Origin: Tubulanus polymorphus
Taxonomy: Eukaryota > Animalia > Nemertea
Direction of reading: 5' to 3'
Length of the DNA stretch: 64,000 nucleotides
Assembly: GCF_964204645.1 (NCBI RefSeq)
Contig: NC_134036.1
Location: forward strand, 2,170,001-2,234,000
The first letter of the stretch is position 1, and the number at the start of each line of letters is the position of its first letter. Below the pieces are notes generated by a model. The model saw nothing but the letters and a program-made list of their open reading frames with translations. It ran no database searches and had not been told where the DNA came from. The translations under genes were made by a program, and so were the position numbers. Below, piece after piece: positions 51,601 to 64,000 of this stretch.

Positions 51601-53704
51601 CGAAAATTCAAACTAAGCCGTTGAATGGCTAAACTCTTTCACGAAAAAAGTGGAACTTACTTCATGTCATTTTGAGACGTTTATTTTTTTGAATATTCCT
51701 TTATTCTTCTCAAAATTGTAAATTTTGTCAGTCGAACGCCACTCTAAATTATAGGATCTACTCTTGCAAAAAGATCGACGCAGAATTTCTACTTGTTGGG
51801 GCAGAATTGTTATCGTAGCTTGCATAACATCTCATTTTCAAAAATAATAATCAACATTATAAGGAAATTAATTAAACTTCAAAATCCGTCAAGATCGGTA
51901 TCAGTGACGCGCCCACGCATCGTCTGCGTGCGTTTCTGCAATCAGCGGAGAACGTGTGGGTTACTGACGGAGTAGAATTAATCCCAGCGGTTTTTCATTT
52001 CGAAAACGGATGCGCAGCCGATAAGTTTCACCGATAAACAAGCAAACAGGTGTGGGGTCGAATAATCCAATTCTATACCTTAGATTTTACCAATATCAAT
52101 ATTTACAACAAGAAGGTATCCGAATATCCCTTCCAATGTCCTGCGCGGTTCAACCATATTCTACATAAGATCTCATCGAGTATCCTTTTTGCATGAGCTA
52201 CACCTAAAATCCCACCATAAACAGCAAAAAGGTGTCCCCTCCACCCCTTCCAATGTCTTATTTGGTAAAACAATATTCTACGCAAGATTTCACCAAAAAA
52301 AGAATTTACATTAAGAAGATATTCGAATATCCCTTCTTATGTCCTATTTGGTAAAACAATATTCTATCACTAAGATTTTATCAGGCACAGTATTTTACAG
52401 CGAAAATGTGTTGAAAATGTCCCCTTACTAAATGCTACAGCATGATTTTACCTACAATATTATGTCCTATTTTGGTAAAACAATATTCTAGATTCCATCA
52501 GTCACAATATTTACCAACGAAAAGGTTCTCAAATATCCCATCCAATTCCTTTTTGGTAAAACAATATACTATACTATACTATATATAGATTTTATCAGGC
52601 GCATTATTTATCACCGAAAAAGTGTTGAAATATCCCCTTTCTATCGTTCTATGTGCTACAACTAAAGATGTAACCGAAGCCGGAACAACTCCCAACAAAA
52701 TGTCAAGGGTTATTCGAGACGATGCTTAAACGAATATCTGACATTTAGATCGCGTAAACAAACATCCTTTACAGTAAAAAGTTTAAGGCGTTTTAAGAGG
52801 TATTTGATTCCTATCCAGGGTCCCAGGGGGAGGGTAAGTAGCCTGCATTGTTTAGGGATTTTGATTCCGTTCATAATCCTCGTCAAATATACTGAGACAG
52901 CCAAGCACCGCCAGGGACCAAACTCTAAAATTCTCGGGATTCTTCTGAATTTTTCCAAATCGGATTCGTGACAAATAATTTTTTGTTTTGGGTAGAAAGC
53001 ATTCCGAGGGCGGGAGAGCAGGAAATGTGAAAACAAGAACTTAGGCTTATTCGTGACGCTAGGTTCAGTTTCGACAAGGCCCCTTTAGTTTTAGGTCGAT
53101 GAGTTTAATTCAAGCAGGGCCCTATCTACCTGACAAAGTTCGTGAAGAAACCAGATGAGGTTCGTGAAGAATGTTTTTCAACAGAGCATATGAACGATTA
53201 AGTGGTAGGTAAATAAATTATTTTTAATTTGTTGATTTTTGCTCTTCATTTTTTGCGTTAGGTTTTATAGAGATTAAATCTATTTAAAGCTACAAACATT
53301 GCCACGAACTGAACGAACAGAGATGAAACTCGCAATCTCATGATATTAGGTTTAATATCGACGGAATAGAAAACTAAAAGGCCACGGGTCGCATTCGAAC
53401 CGCAATCGGCGCGAGCGCGGACATTTTATCGGCTTGCAAATAAATTGAATATTGTGACAAGCGAACAAGAGACCGGAGAAATAATTGCCGACGCGATAGT
53501 AAACTTAATCACGACGACGAACACGTCGACAGCAATCTGAAAGATTAACAGTGCGACGCTAGTGATGCGGTCATCAGACGAGCAAACAGAACTCGGCGAC
53601 AACTGAGAGACAGCAGCAGACGATTTGAGGGTGGCGGGATATAGATAGAGAGGGAGAGATGGTAAATATACTGGATTCATTTATAAGGTATGGTCTCTCG
53701 CTGT

Positions 53705-54583
53705 CAATCAGGGGACAGTTAACAAGAGGCTATTCCTGACAATAAGGAGACAGTCATCCATTTTCAGAGACTGTTCCTGACAATCAGGGGACAGTTAACA
53801 AGAGGCTATTCCTGACAATAAGGAGACAGTCATCCATTTTCAGAGACTGTTCCTGACAATCAGGGGACAGTTAACAAGAGGCTATTCCTGACAATAAGGA
53901 GACAGTCATCCATTTTCAGAGACTGTTCCTGACAATCAGGGGACAGTTAACAAGAGGCTATTCCTGACAATAAGGAGACAGTCAGCCATTTTCAGAGACT
54001 GTTCCTGACAATCAGGGGACAGTTAACAAGAGGCTATTCCTGACAATAAGGAGACAGTCATCCATTTTCAGAGACTGTTCCTGACAATCAGGGGACAGTA
54101 AACCAGCGGCTATTCCTGACAATAAGGAGACAGTCATCCATTTTCAGAGACTGTTCCTGACAATCAGGGGACAGTAAACCAGCGGCTATTCCTGACAATA
54201 AGGAGACAGTCATCCATTTTCAGAGACTGTTCCTGACAATCGGCGGACAATAAACCATATTCTGAGACTGTTCCTGCCAATCAGGGGACAGTTAACCATT
54301 TTCAGAGACTGTTCCTGACAATCAGGGGACAGTCATCCATTTTCAGAGACTGTTCCTGGCAGGGAGGGTACAGTTAACCCCTATCAACCATTTCAGAGAC
54401 TATTCCTGCCAATCAGGGGACAGTTAACCATTTTCAGAGACTGTTCCTGCCAACAAGGGGACAGTCATTCTTTGCAGAGGCTGTTCCTGGCAGGGAGGGT
54501 ACAGTAAACCCCTATCAACCATTTCAGAGACTGTTCCTGACAATCGGGGGACAGTAAACCATATTCTGAGACTGTTCCTGCCA
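53705..54583. repeat. 76-bp higher-order tandem repeat (35+41 bp subunits) grading into about 40-bp monomers
   Basis: About 7 copies of CAATCAGGGGACAGTTAACAAGAGGCTATTCCTGA + CAATAAGGAGACAGTCATCCATTTTCAGAGACTGTTCCTGA, followed by diverged monomers. Confidence 0.92.
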
Positions 54584-56048
54584 ACTGCAATCCATATTAA
54601 TAGTTGTCGGAAGTAAGAGCCCCTCGCACACATCTGAGCCCTACGGACACCAAATCGCACACATTAAGCTCATTAAACCAAGGCCACAGAACAGCTTAAG
54701 AAACTGTAGACTCAGAGATGGGGTTGGGTTTAAATTGCTTTCTAAGATGCTAGGCGACCTACTCAACTAACTAAGCTCATTAACAGATTACTCAACGCTT
54801 TTTCTGGGAATTATCTTCAACGCTTCGTGCTATTCAGATTTTCTTTTTCTCAAGTTTGTTTTTAAAATCCACCTGCAACTCAAGGACTTCAAAACCTGAC
54901 GAGAAAGTGTAACACAAACTGCGACGCGCTGTAAAGACGATCCTTCAGAGATTCATGACAAAATTTTAACTCAAATTTTTGTTTTAATTGCTATTATGTT
55001 TATTCCATGTTTTCAATGAGGACAACAATTCAAACTCAACCGTTTTAAGATAAAACCTTTTCTCTATCAGACTGATATCTGATATCTCAAATAATTGTGG
55101 TCGTTTTCAATCACAACCACAAAGTTATCGATAGTTAAAATTGATATGAAAAATATACTGATATTTGAAAATGAACAAGAAATAAATTCTGATTTTGAAA
55201 GGATTTTAACATTTTTCGGGGAAGAGGAATAACTACCATTGTTACAGTTAAATTAGTTACTTCATATTAAAAAGTATTTACGTTTCAAACGAACTCAAAG
55301 AAATCATTCTGATTTTGTAGAATATTTTGACAATTTGGAAGAAGTCGAGCTCCTACAAGGTGTGAACAATACTCATTGGCAGACACAAGTCTGGAATACG
55401 AAACGATTCGATGTTTGCCACTTTTTTTTACGACCGCCGAAAATAGTTCTACCGCGCATTGATTTATGCTCGGGCACAAATTACCGGCAAAAATCCGATT
55501 GAAAAATTAGACGTAGACGCGAAAATAGTGATTTCCCCCGCGAATCGACCGCAGTTAACGCCGAATATATATATGTATATATATTCCAGGACGTTTCGCC
55601 TTCGGATTAGGGTTATTGTCGAGAATGGGAAAAAAACGCGAAATCGATCGAATTCTTGCTGAAACGATGACGGTTGCGTATTGATAAACGTTATCAGCGA
55701 ATTATGTATATATTTGTCGACGTTTCGCCGATCTCGGATTAGGTTTTTTTTGTTGACGAACAATGAAAAACCGGAATCGATACGGCTCTGGCTGAAACAT
55801 CGACAGTATCATTATGGTTATATCTTCAAGAAATGACAACGCGGCTTAAACGGCGGACTTGGTTATCGATTTTTTTTCGTTTCCTCTTGTCGTCCAATAA
55901 AGAAATTGTTCTTTCGGTGAATGTCCTCTGTCGGGAAATAAGACGCTGAACATTTTTTCGCTGCGTCGAAAACCAGTTCGTTGACCGGAAAAATCCATCG
56001 TAAGACATCATGAAATAGATGTGTTGGTACATACACTACTAAAAGAGA

Positions 56049-56415
56049 TAGCTGCCTCCATTAATCCACCTATGACATCAACAATAATTGACACAGTGAG
56101 ATACGCTTCCAGGAAAGATGGTTTCCGCCATAAATCCACCTATGACATCATCAATAATGTATGTAGTAAGATATGCTTCCAGGAAAGATGGCTTCCGCCA
56201 TAAATCCACCTATGACATCATCAATAATTGATGTAGTAAGATATGCTTAACTGAAAATATGGCTGCCAACATAAATCCACCTATGACGTCATCAAAATAA
56301 AGCATGAATATGATTGACTTATGAAGCAACTGTTAAATGGTCTTTCTAAAGGATATGGTGTAAACGGCATCGATTCGATGACGTCATTGGGGGAGTAATG
56401 GAAGCAGCCATGTTT
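56049..56415. repeat. About 71-bp tandem repeat x3.5 plus an inverted unit (same dispersed family)
   Basis: ATAAATCCACCTATGACATCATCAATAAT..GTAAGATATGCTTCCAGGAAAGATGGCTTCCGCC; inverted unit GATGACGTCATTGGGGGAG..GGAAGCAGCCATGTTT at about 56377-56415. Confidence 0.8.
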
Positions 56416-59111
56416 CCTTCCTCGAAGGATCTGTAACGATGACAACTAAAAAAAAACAAGGCAGTCATTTACGGAACTGCCCGTAAATCAAGTTGTTAAA
56501 GAGATGACCAGGTGACCAGTGGTCAACAGTGTTATCTTATTACGGTTGATGGATGGGTGGAAGGTTACCGACGGCGCTGGTCAACGACTGGTCAACTAAC
56601 GGTCAACGTCAATCGGTCGATACGGATCGATTTAGTAATGAAATATTCAAACACGGTTTCTCAGCTGACAGACGAAACACTTACGGAATAATCAATCGAA
56701 AACTGATGATAACGAATTATTCAACGTCATTTTCGCGCGTAACAATCGCCACCGTTGCAGCTGCGTGGATACCGGTATATCTGGTAATATCTGGATTAGG
56801 CGGATCACGGGAGGCACGCGCGGACTGCAGGAAGCTGTTGACCTGTTTAAACGTGAGGTCGCTTCACAGTCGTCCGTTTGAGGTTGGCGAGAACCAGAAT
56901 GAAATAATCAAGTCACGTCGAGGAAACATCTAAAACTAATAACTAATAGAAACAACTTAAATCATATGAAAAAAAGATTCGATAATATTCCGGGAAGTCG
57001 GGATTCGAGGTAAAACCGAAATGGGAAATGTCAAACTCTTTTACAAAAACACTAAGAAGCTAAACACAAAATGGGAAATTCCAACATCTTCCATGAAAAC
57101 AAACCTCATAAGGATTTTGTAACAACAAGATGTTTTACCATCAATGATGAAATAAGCCTAATGGGCGAATTGTGGATGATTTTGGGAAATGCCGTACAAA
57201 ATCTAGCCACGTGAAAACGGTGGTAGCAAGCGGTGGTAACACATTAGACTGTTACATTGATGACTCCAAGAATATGCTTTGATCAATGGTAACATAAGAC
57301 CAATTGCTCGCTGGGCGAATTTTGGGTCAGTTGAGAAATGCCGTAAAAAAATCCAGGCACGTCAAAACAGTGGCAGAAACAGATGTTACTGACAAACTTG
57401 GTGAATTGGAAAGACAACCTCGGTTAAGTCTCCCAGTTCACTGAACAGTCCAGATACGAATTGTCACACGACACACCGACCTTAAAGACAATCTCGGAGT
57501 CGAGAACGATGATCCGTTATCGTTACCGAACGGGATCCATATTGATTATTTCTGCCATCACACGGCGCAAGTCAATTATTTATCAACACAACCGAAAACA
57601 ACACGTCGATTCGTCTGCTGGAATTATTTACGGGGGTGATCGTCTGCCAGTCCGTCCGTCCGTTTGTTGATTAGAGGTAGTTGATGAACTGCGCGCTACC
57701 AAACGAGATGACCGTTTTGGGACGCGGACAGACGATAGACTATATCGGCGAGTGTTATATGTATAATTTGATGGTCGATTGGACCAGCAGACGAGATGGG
57801 TCTGATCAGATCTGAACGACAGACGAGACTGCTTGGGTCTGATCCCAACAGCAGACGAGACTGGATTAACGATTGAGCCAACACCAGATGGCGTAACTGC
57901 CAGTAGCAAAACTACCTAACACCAGATGGCTTAGCTACCGATAGTGAACTAAGCCAACGCCAGATGGCATAACTGTCGGTATTAAAAACAGCCAACACTA
58001 GATGGTGTAACTGCTGTAAGTGGACGCTAGCGAAAAGTATCCTGCATCCTATATACTCTGCAACTGCAGCAGGAGTGCACCACATCACTGGGGCCCAGCA
58101 GAAGTGTCTCACAGCCCGGGGGCTCCCATCCTGCAGATACTAATCAACAGACGATTGCATGAAATGAGAGAGATGGTGGTGAAATGAGATCGAGATCTCA
58201 CATTCTCAGTTGCTAGCTATTTGTTTACAATCCATTAACGTTAATTCGATATAGCTAATCTACCGTATAGTTCGTAAACACACCTGCAGGCGGCGACACT
58301 CCCCCATTGTTGACACGCGAGAGTAATATCGAGCATAGACTAATTTCAATCCCCCAAAGGCAGGTCACCACCTGGGATGAGTCATGCACTTATAGACATT
58401 TCATAGGTTAAATCCATGCTAACCAACAAGTCTGAAGGGGCATCAAAATAACCACATGCAAGTCATGCCTGTATTATAAAGACGGTACTTTCTAAGCCTA
58501 ATGTATTTCAGGCCAGATGTTCATTAGCAAACAAGATATTGTCATTTCATTAAACGATCAAATATCATTCCTATTATCGTGTAACCATCTAACACAATTA
58601 GATTCATAAAGATTGCAAGAAGAGCAAAAGTCATATTTAGATTCTAGACGAGGGGGGCCGTTTATGGAAAAGCGTCCAGTCATGGGATACAGGAAGGAAC
58701 AAATATGGAATTACTAATAGAACTAGTTCAACCTTTTCCTGAAACTGGTCCAAGGTCGTATTCGAGCCTGTCGTTGTTTATTTCAAATTCTTAAAATCGC
58801 CAAGGCAACTCGTTTCTATAACGGAGTTGATTATTGTGGGAAGTGATGCGAAGTTGATAACGAGAGATAGATAGAAGTGACGTGTCTGCTGGCAGCAGCA
58901 GCCGACACCAGCTGATAACACTCCCACGCACCCGTTATTACACGCGTTTCCAGTTAAATTACGATCCAATAATCGTAGGTGTTACGATCCAATATATCGT
59001 ACGTGGTCACATAAAATATAGGTTATGAAATTATCTCAAATCGATTTTTCGTTGCCCGTGAGTCTTTTCGAACGATATATCTGATATATCTGATGGCAAG
59101 GGACCATTATG

Positions 59112-59236
59112 AATGAGACGGTCGTCATTAGTAACTAATCATAATTTTACTGAATCGTTGAAGTTATTGAGGATGAGAAGGTAGTCATTAGTAACTAATC
59201 ATAATTTTACTGAATCGTTGAAGTTAACGAGAATGA
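59112..59236 (+). repeat. 60-bp minisatellite family, array 4 (about 2 copies)
   Basis: GTCATTAGTAACTAATCATAATTTTACTGAATCGTTGAAGTTA occurs twice. Confidence 0.88.
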
Positions 59237-62200
59237 GGTGGAAATAGTGAAAGGAATGGTAGAAAAGAGACATATATCGAACTATCAAAAACTCATTATA
59301 TCAAACTGGCAATAAAAGTATTCCATCAGTAACTTTTCATGATATTGACCTCCTCGTCACCAATAGCCTATTGTTCATCAAACACTTACAACAGACAAAA
59401 CAATGTCCATTGTACAAACAGCAATCAAGCCCGACCCTCTCTATCTCCTAAACCCCCACTCCTGGCTCCCATTCTCCCCCTCTCTCCACTCCTCACATCG
59501 CTATCACAAATTCGTCACACGAAATTAATTTATCTCGAAAATATCAAAAATCTCATCCACGAATTATATATAATATCACATCGTCTATATCATTTTCCCT
59601 TGACCGCTTTTGATAGTTGTTTACGCACTGATATGGGTCGCAGACGACCAGACGCATATAGATATAAACAAACGACACTTATCACCGCCAGGTGTAGCTA
59701 GTAGTCATCATGAATTCGGATCACGTAAGCAATTTGTTTTTTGATGATTTTTTTTGGTGCTGATATCGTTATGATTACCGTTATCGGCGCGCGCAGTTCG
59801 GTAACGTCTGTCTAATAGCTAACAGTGTCGTCTGCACGACCAAAGTCTCGTAAAACACGTCTGGTATAATACAAAAAAAGCAATTTACTCCCGGTTTACA
59901 GATAAGTAATGACAGTTTTAACGGCGTAAGAATCTACTATGAATAGTGGCATTTGGTAGTGATTCGGTAAAAGTAGTTTTTTTTCACCCGTTGCGAAATG
60001 AAGGCAGGGTTCATAGCCTCAAGACCAACCAAAATTCAAGGCCATTTGAGAAGCACATTCAAGGCTTTTTACCCCAATGAAAAATATTTTTACGGCAATA
60101 TTTCCTTGTTTCATCCATTCAAAAACAATCAAAACAGCTTTAACAGTGCTGACCCAAATTCACCGATATATACCGATACAACCAACTACAGCAACTTTAA
60201 GAAATTTGATGATTTCTTTTTTGAGGATTTCGTTCGAAACAAGCACCACAGAAAACAAGTCACTTAGAGGTCATGCATCCATGCGCTTTTCGGACTCGAT
60301 TACGTCAGTTATTGGACGACAAACTGATTAACACGACAGATGATAGAATTGTGTAAATCTCTAGATGTGTCTTTAACATCGTTGGCTGAGACAAGAACAT
60401 AAGTATTACTCGATGTGCACAGATCGCATAAAGGTCAAAGCAAGCTTCACGCATGTCGTTTTTAAGATGCTATCAGGCGGTTGTGGTAAAAATTATTCCA
60501 ATAAAGCTAAGTATCTCTAATCCGCTGATATATCCAGATAAAAATGAATAACGATTCCGATAGTAGGGCGATTGGGATCAAAACGGCAGTTAACTCACAA
60601 CCAGAATCACCACGACTGAAGTGTTTACCAATGTAGGGGTAATCAACGATTCCAAAAACAATTCAGTCATATAGACACACTGGCATTCCATACCAGAAAG
60701 CTGGACATACAGAAACGTTTAGGCTATAGTTATTATATTTGGAAACGTTTAGGCTGTAGTTACTATAAGCTATAAGCCACAATCGCCACTACTAAAGTGT
60801 TTACCAATGCATGGGTAATCAACGATTCCACGAAAAACATTTCATACCAAAAGATGGACTTATCGGAACGTTTAGGCTATAGTGACTCACACCCACAATT
60901 GCAACTGCAAAAGTATTTACCGAGGGGAAAATGACAATTCCCGCAAAACAATCTAGATCTCGATTTGCTGGCCAGTTCATTTCATACGAAATAGGCTGGA
61001 CATTCCGGCTATCAGCAATCAGCAATAATCTCTATAAACGAATCCAGACGGGCATATTCGCTGGTCAATAGTTGGACATACCGCTGACGGCTAAAACCCA
61101 CTGGAGAATTAGCACATAATTGAAGTGTGTTTGTTTGTTACTCGGGGCTAAATTGGGTAACAAGGCACAGAACAGTTAACGGAAATTAACCAGTGATTCC
61201 CGAATCACGAACCGACTGTCAATCAATCTGTTATTATCGACATTTTCGTGCGCGCAAGTTTTTTCCTTTTTTTTCTCTGTTAGATATAATTTCCATTGGG
61301 AAAAGAACGGCAGCAGCGGACGCAGTGACATCAGCGGCTGCGGCGACAGTAGTGACCAGTTCGTACGGTTAGACTTAGCTTCACAACTTGCTTCACTGAC
61401 AAACAAGTGTTGTCTTTACCAGAACCAACCTCCATCATCAAAAATTATTTCATTTCATCTACTGTTTTGCAATCGCGGAGACTTTGTTCCATGAGATGAA
61501 CCCCGCACCCAGACAAGTAAAGATGTATCTGGATTTTATAAATTTAAGTTTATCTAAATATATTTCAATGATTGATATAATGTTATGTAATTTGTGCAAG
61601 TTAATAACAATTCTCATGGACCAAGTTCGACTTTGAATCGGGGTTTAACCCAATCTAGCGAAAGTCGAGTTAATTTAGACCCAGGCCAAAGTAAGAACTG
61701 GTCGATGAAAATCGCACCCTGGAGTTACACTTAAACTGGTATTTAGGTAACTGAACGTTAGAAAGATGAGGTTCCGTTTCATGTGCTGAAAGAAAGAACA
61801 ACACACACGCCATCTAACGGAACAACACGAAAACAATATGGATACGAAACGACATCAACCTCAGAATAGCTCGGACTCCGAGCTCCATTTGAGGTAAATC
61901 GCAACATCATCCTGGGACACTGTGACAGAATTAGGATACATCCAGCACGACGGCAAGGACAAGTTGTAATCTGATAACACGAAGTCAGTGGAACAGGGCG
62001 AATGGGGCCACTATTATTGGGCATTTGCTTTACAATCCATACATCACGGAAATCTATATTGTAAATCCGGAATTATGTTCTTGTGAATCGAAAACACGTA
62101 GCAAATAATTTGAGATAACCATGATTCATCGAAAATCATTCGATGCAAATAATATTCGCTGGGTGGGTGGGTTTAATGGTTTATCTGAAAAAGAGGCATT

Positions 62201-63509
62201 TTTTCACATTTTCTATCTTATGACGAGTTGAAAAAAAAAATTCAAACTTACCTGTTTGATGCAAAGTAGAAATATACCGGAAAATAGAAAGAAAAAAGAA
62301 AACAATTTAGTTACAATATCAGATTGAGCTCATTCACAAGTTAGTCTTAGTTTTTGCTTATGACGATAGATGGCGAACGGATCGACGCAACGATTCATTC
62401 GTAAATTGTCGATTGTTGAACGACCGTTACAAGACGCCATGGAAACGCGATAAGAATATGTCTTACTGGAAACCAGTCGTTTCTTCCAATGTAAGAGGTA
62501 TGTAGGATTTAAAGAGGTAATGATGGAAAGGTTTAACGGACAAAGTTAGCACACGGGCCATTCTCCATTGATTATCTATATTCTAAGATCTTAAGACACA
62601 ATCATCTGTCACACTTGATGTAAGGAACATCGCAATATCAATTTGATAGACTAGTTAATAAACAGACTTGAAAAATGACCATTTAAACTACCATCAATTT
62701 TGTTTTTAGATTTGTGGAGTGAGATATCATTCTCGGTGTATTCTTTAAGTACTACGGTATCACAAGGGCCCAGTTTCATGGACTGGGTTTATTTTAACAA
62801 AATGTGGGCCAGGACAAATGTCAAAATGTTCCCAGGGATTATTTCGGCCTTTTATCAAAGAAACACAGCCTTAAAGTTTTTGCCAATGATGTTATGGCTC
62901 TATTTCATCGTTTGATATACCAATCGGAATCTCATTTCGATATTTTACCGAATGCAAGATTGATATCGAAATATCAAATATCAATTCAGCTAGTTTAAAC
63001 TATCATAACGCAGCAACAGCAACAGCACTACGTTATATCACGATACAAATCAACGTGGATGGATCGTCATTTTTGAGATATCAAAACGAAGCCCGATATC
63101 GGCGTAATCCGCCAATCAACAGACTTGTCATCGGTTTCTAAAAGCCAATTGAGAATTTCATTTCACCAAATATGTCAATTTGTCAATGAAAATTCGCGGC
63201 GTCCTTTTAGTACCGAATTTCAAAAGGCTTCAGTCGCCCGCGCGTGGGTTTTTAAATTGATTTCCCCGGAGATTTGAGCAACAATGAATGCGGTTCAACC
63301 GACATCCTTCATAATTTTTTTTCATCGTTTTGAAAAATGTAATCGACCAATCCGTGCGCAGCAAACCGTCCATTCATTCAAATTCTTACTGACGACTTCT
63401 TTCTCGTGGGCGGCAGCAGCAGCAGCAGCAACATCAGCTGTAGCAGCAGCAGCAGTAGTAGTGCCAGTTGATGACAAAATCCTAGAATTATCAGCAAGTT
63501 TAAACTTCC

Positions 63510-63618
63510 GGACCCAGTTCCACAGATGTGAGATAGAGTTATCTCTCTGAGCTAAAACAAGTTCATTTTCAATGAGTTTACTCAGTCAAATCTTAACTGA
63601 CAACTGTGGAACTGGGCC
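63510..63618. mobile_element. About 110-bp MITE-like element, same family as 24478
   Basis: GGACCCAGTTCCACAG ... CTGTGGAACTGGGCC; internal TTCATTTTCAATGA and TCAAATCTTAACT are reverse complements of sequence in the 24.5-kb copy. Confidence 0.7.
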
Positions 63619-64000
63619 ACGAAGTTTCAAACGGCAATAGGATTTTGAAGACATGGCCATGCTTACAATATGGTATCCTCAGGAAAAGCCTATTTCGGTC
63701 AATAATATCGATTGATGACGAAAAGTCGTTGTTCTTGGATCTAACAACTTTTAAGGTCTTGAGATTAGGACATCGGATTTAAGATTTAAGTCATGATCGA
63801 TTTGAAACCGTTAATGCACATGGGACGCAATTTGACCTATGCGCACGTGCTGTGGTAAATATTTGTCGAGGCCAAACGGAGATTCTTTCCGGGAAATATC
63901 CAGCGATATATTCTCTCCTGACCTATATACGTCTACCCCACAGATATAAGCAGCTTATCAAATACCGGTAAATCTCGGTAATCGGATCTTAACTTCGTCT

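Noticed and set aside
63284-63550. Poly-Ala ORF
   Set aside because: Driven by a (GCA)n microsatellite and runs into a MITE.

Overview
This is AT-rich (roughly 35-40% GC by eye), gene-poor eukaryotic DNA. It is probably from an invertebrate, most likely a spiralian/lophotrochozoan, inferred from the GPCR type and receptor guanylyl cyclase style; the species cannot be determined. Four coding units are supported: (1) the first coding exon of a natriuretic-peptide-receptor / receptor guanylyl cyclase-type gene (minus, 10607-11312, ending at a GTAAGT donor); (2) a 97-aa secreted prepropeptide (signal peptide, acidic spacer, RTKR furin site, 50-aa Cys-free mature peptide) antisense and about 320 bp inside that receptor's intron; (3, 4) two recently duplicated intronless class A GPCRs (36081-37031, 38892-39824) whose differences concentrate on the extracellular side. 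The rest is microsatellites, dispersed minisatellite families (35, 39, 47, 57, 59, 60, 76 and about 70-85 bp units), PIF/Harbinger-like MITEs (one of which visibly seeds a satellite), tRNA-like SINE remnants and local duplications. The most striking unexplained signal is the octamer GCAGACGA/TCGTCTGC: at least 37 exact copies by hand count against roughly 1 expected from base composition, in unrelated flanking sequence on both strands.
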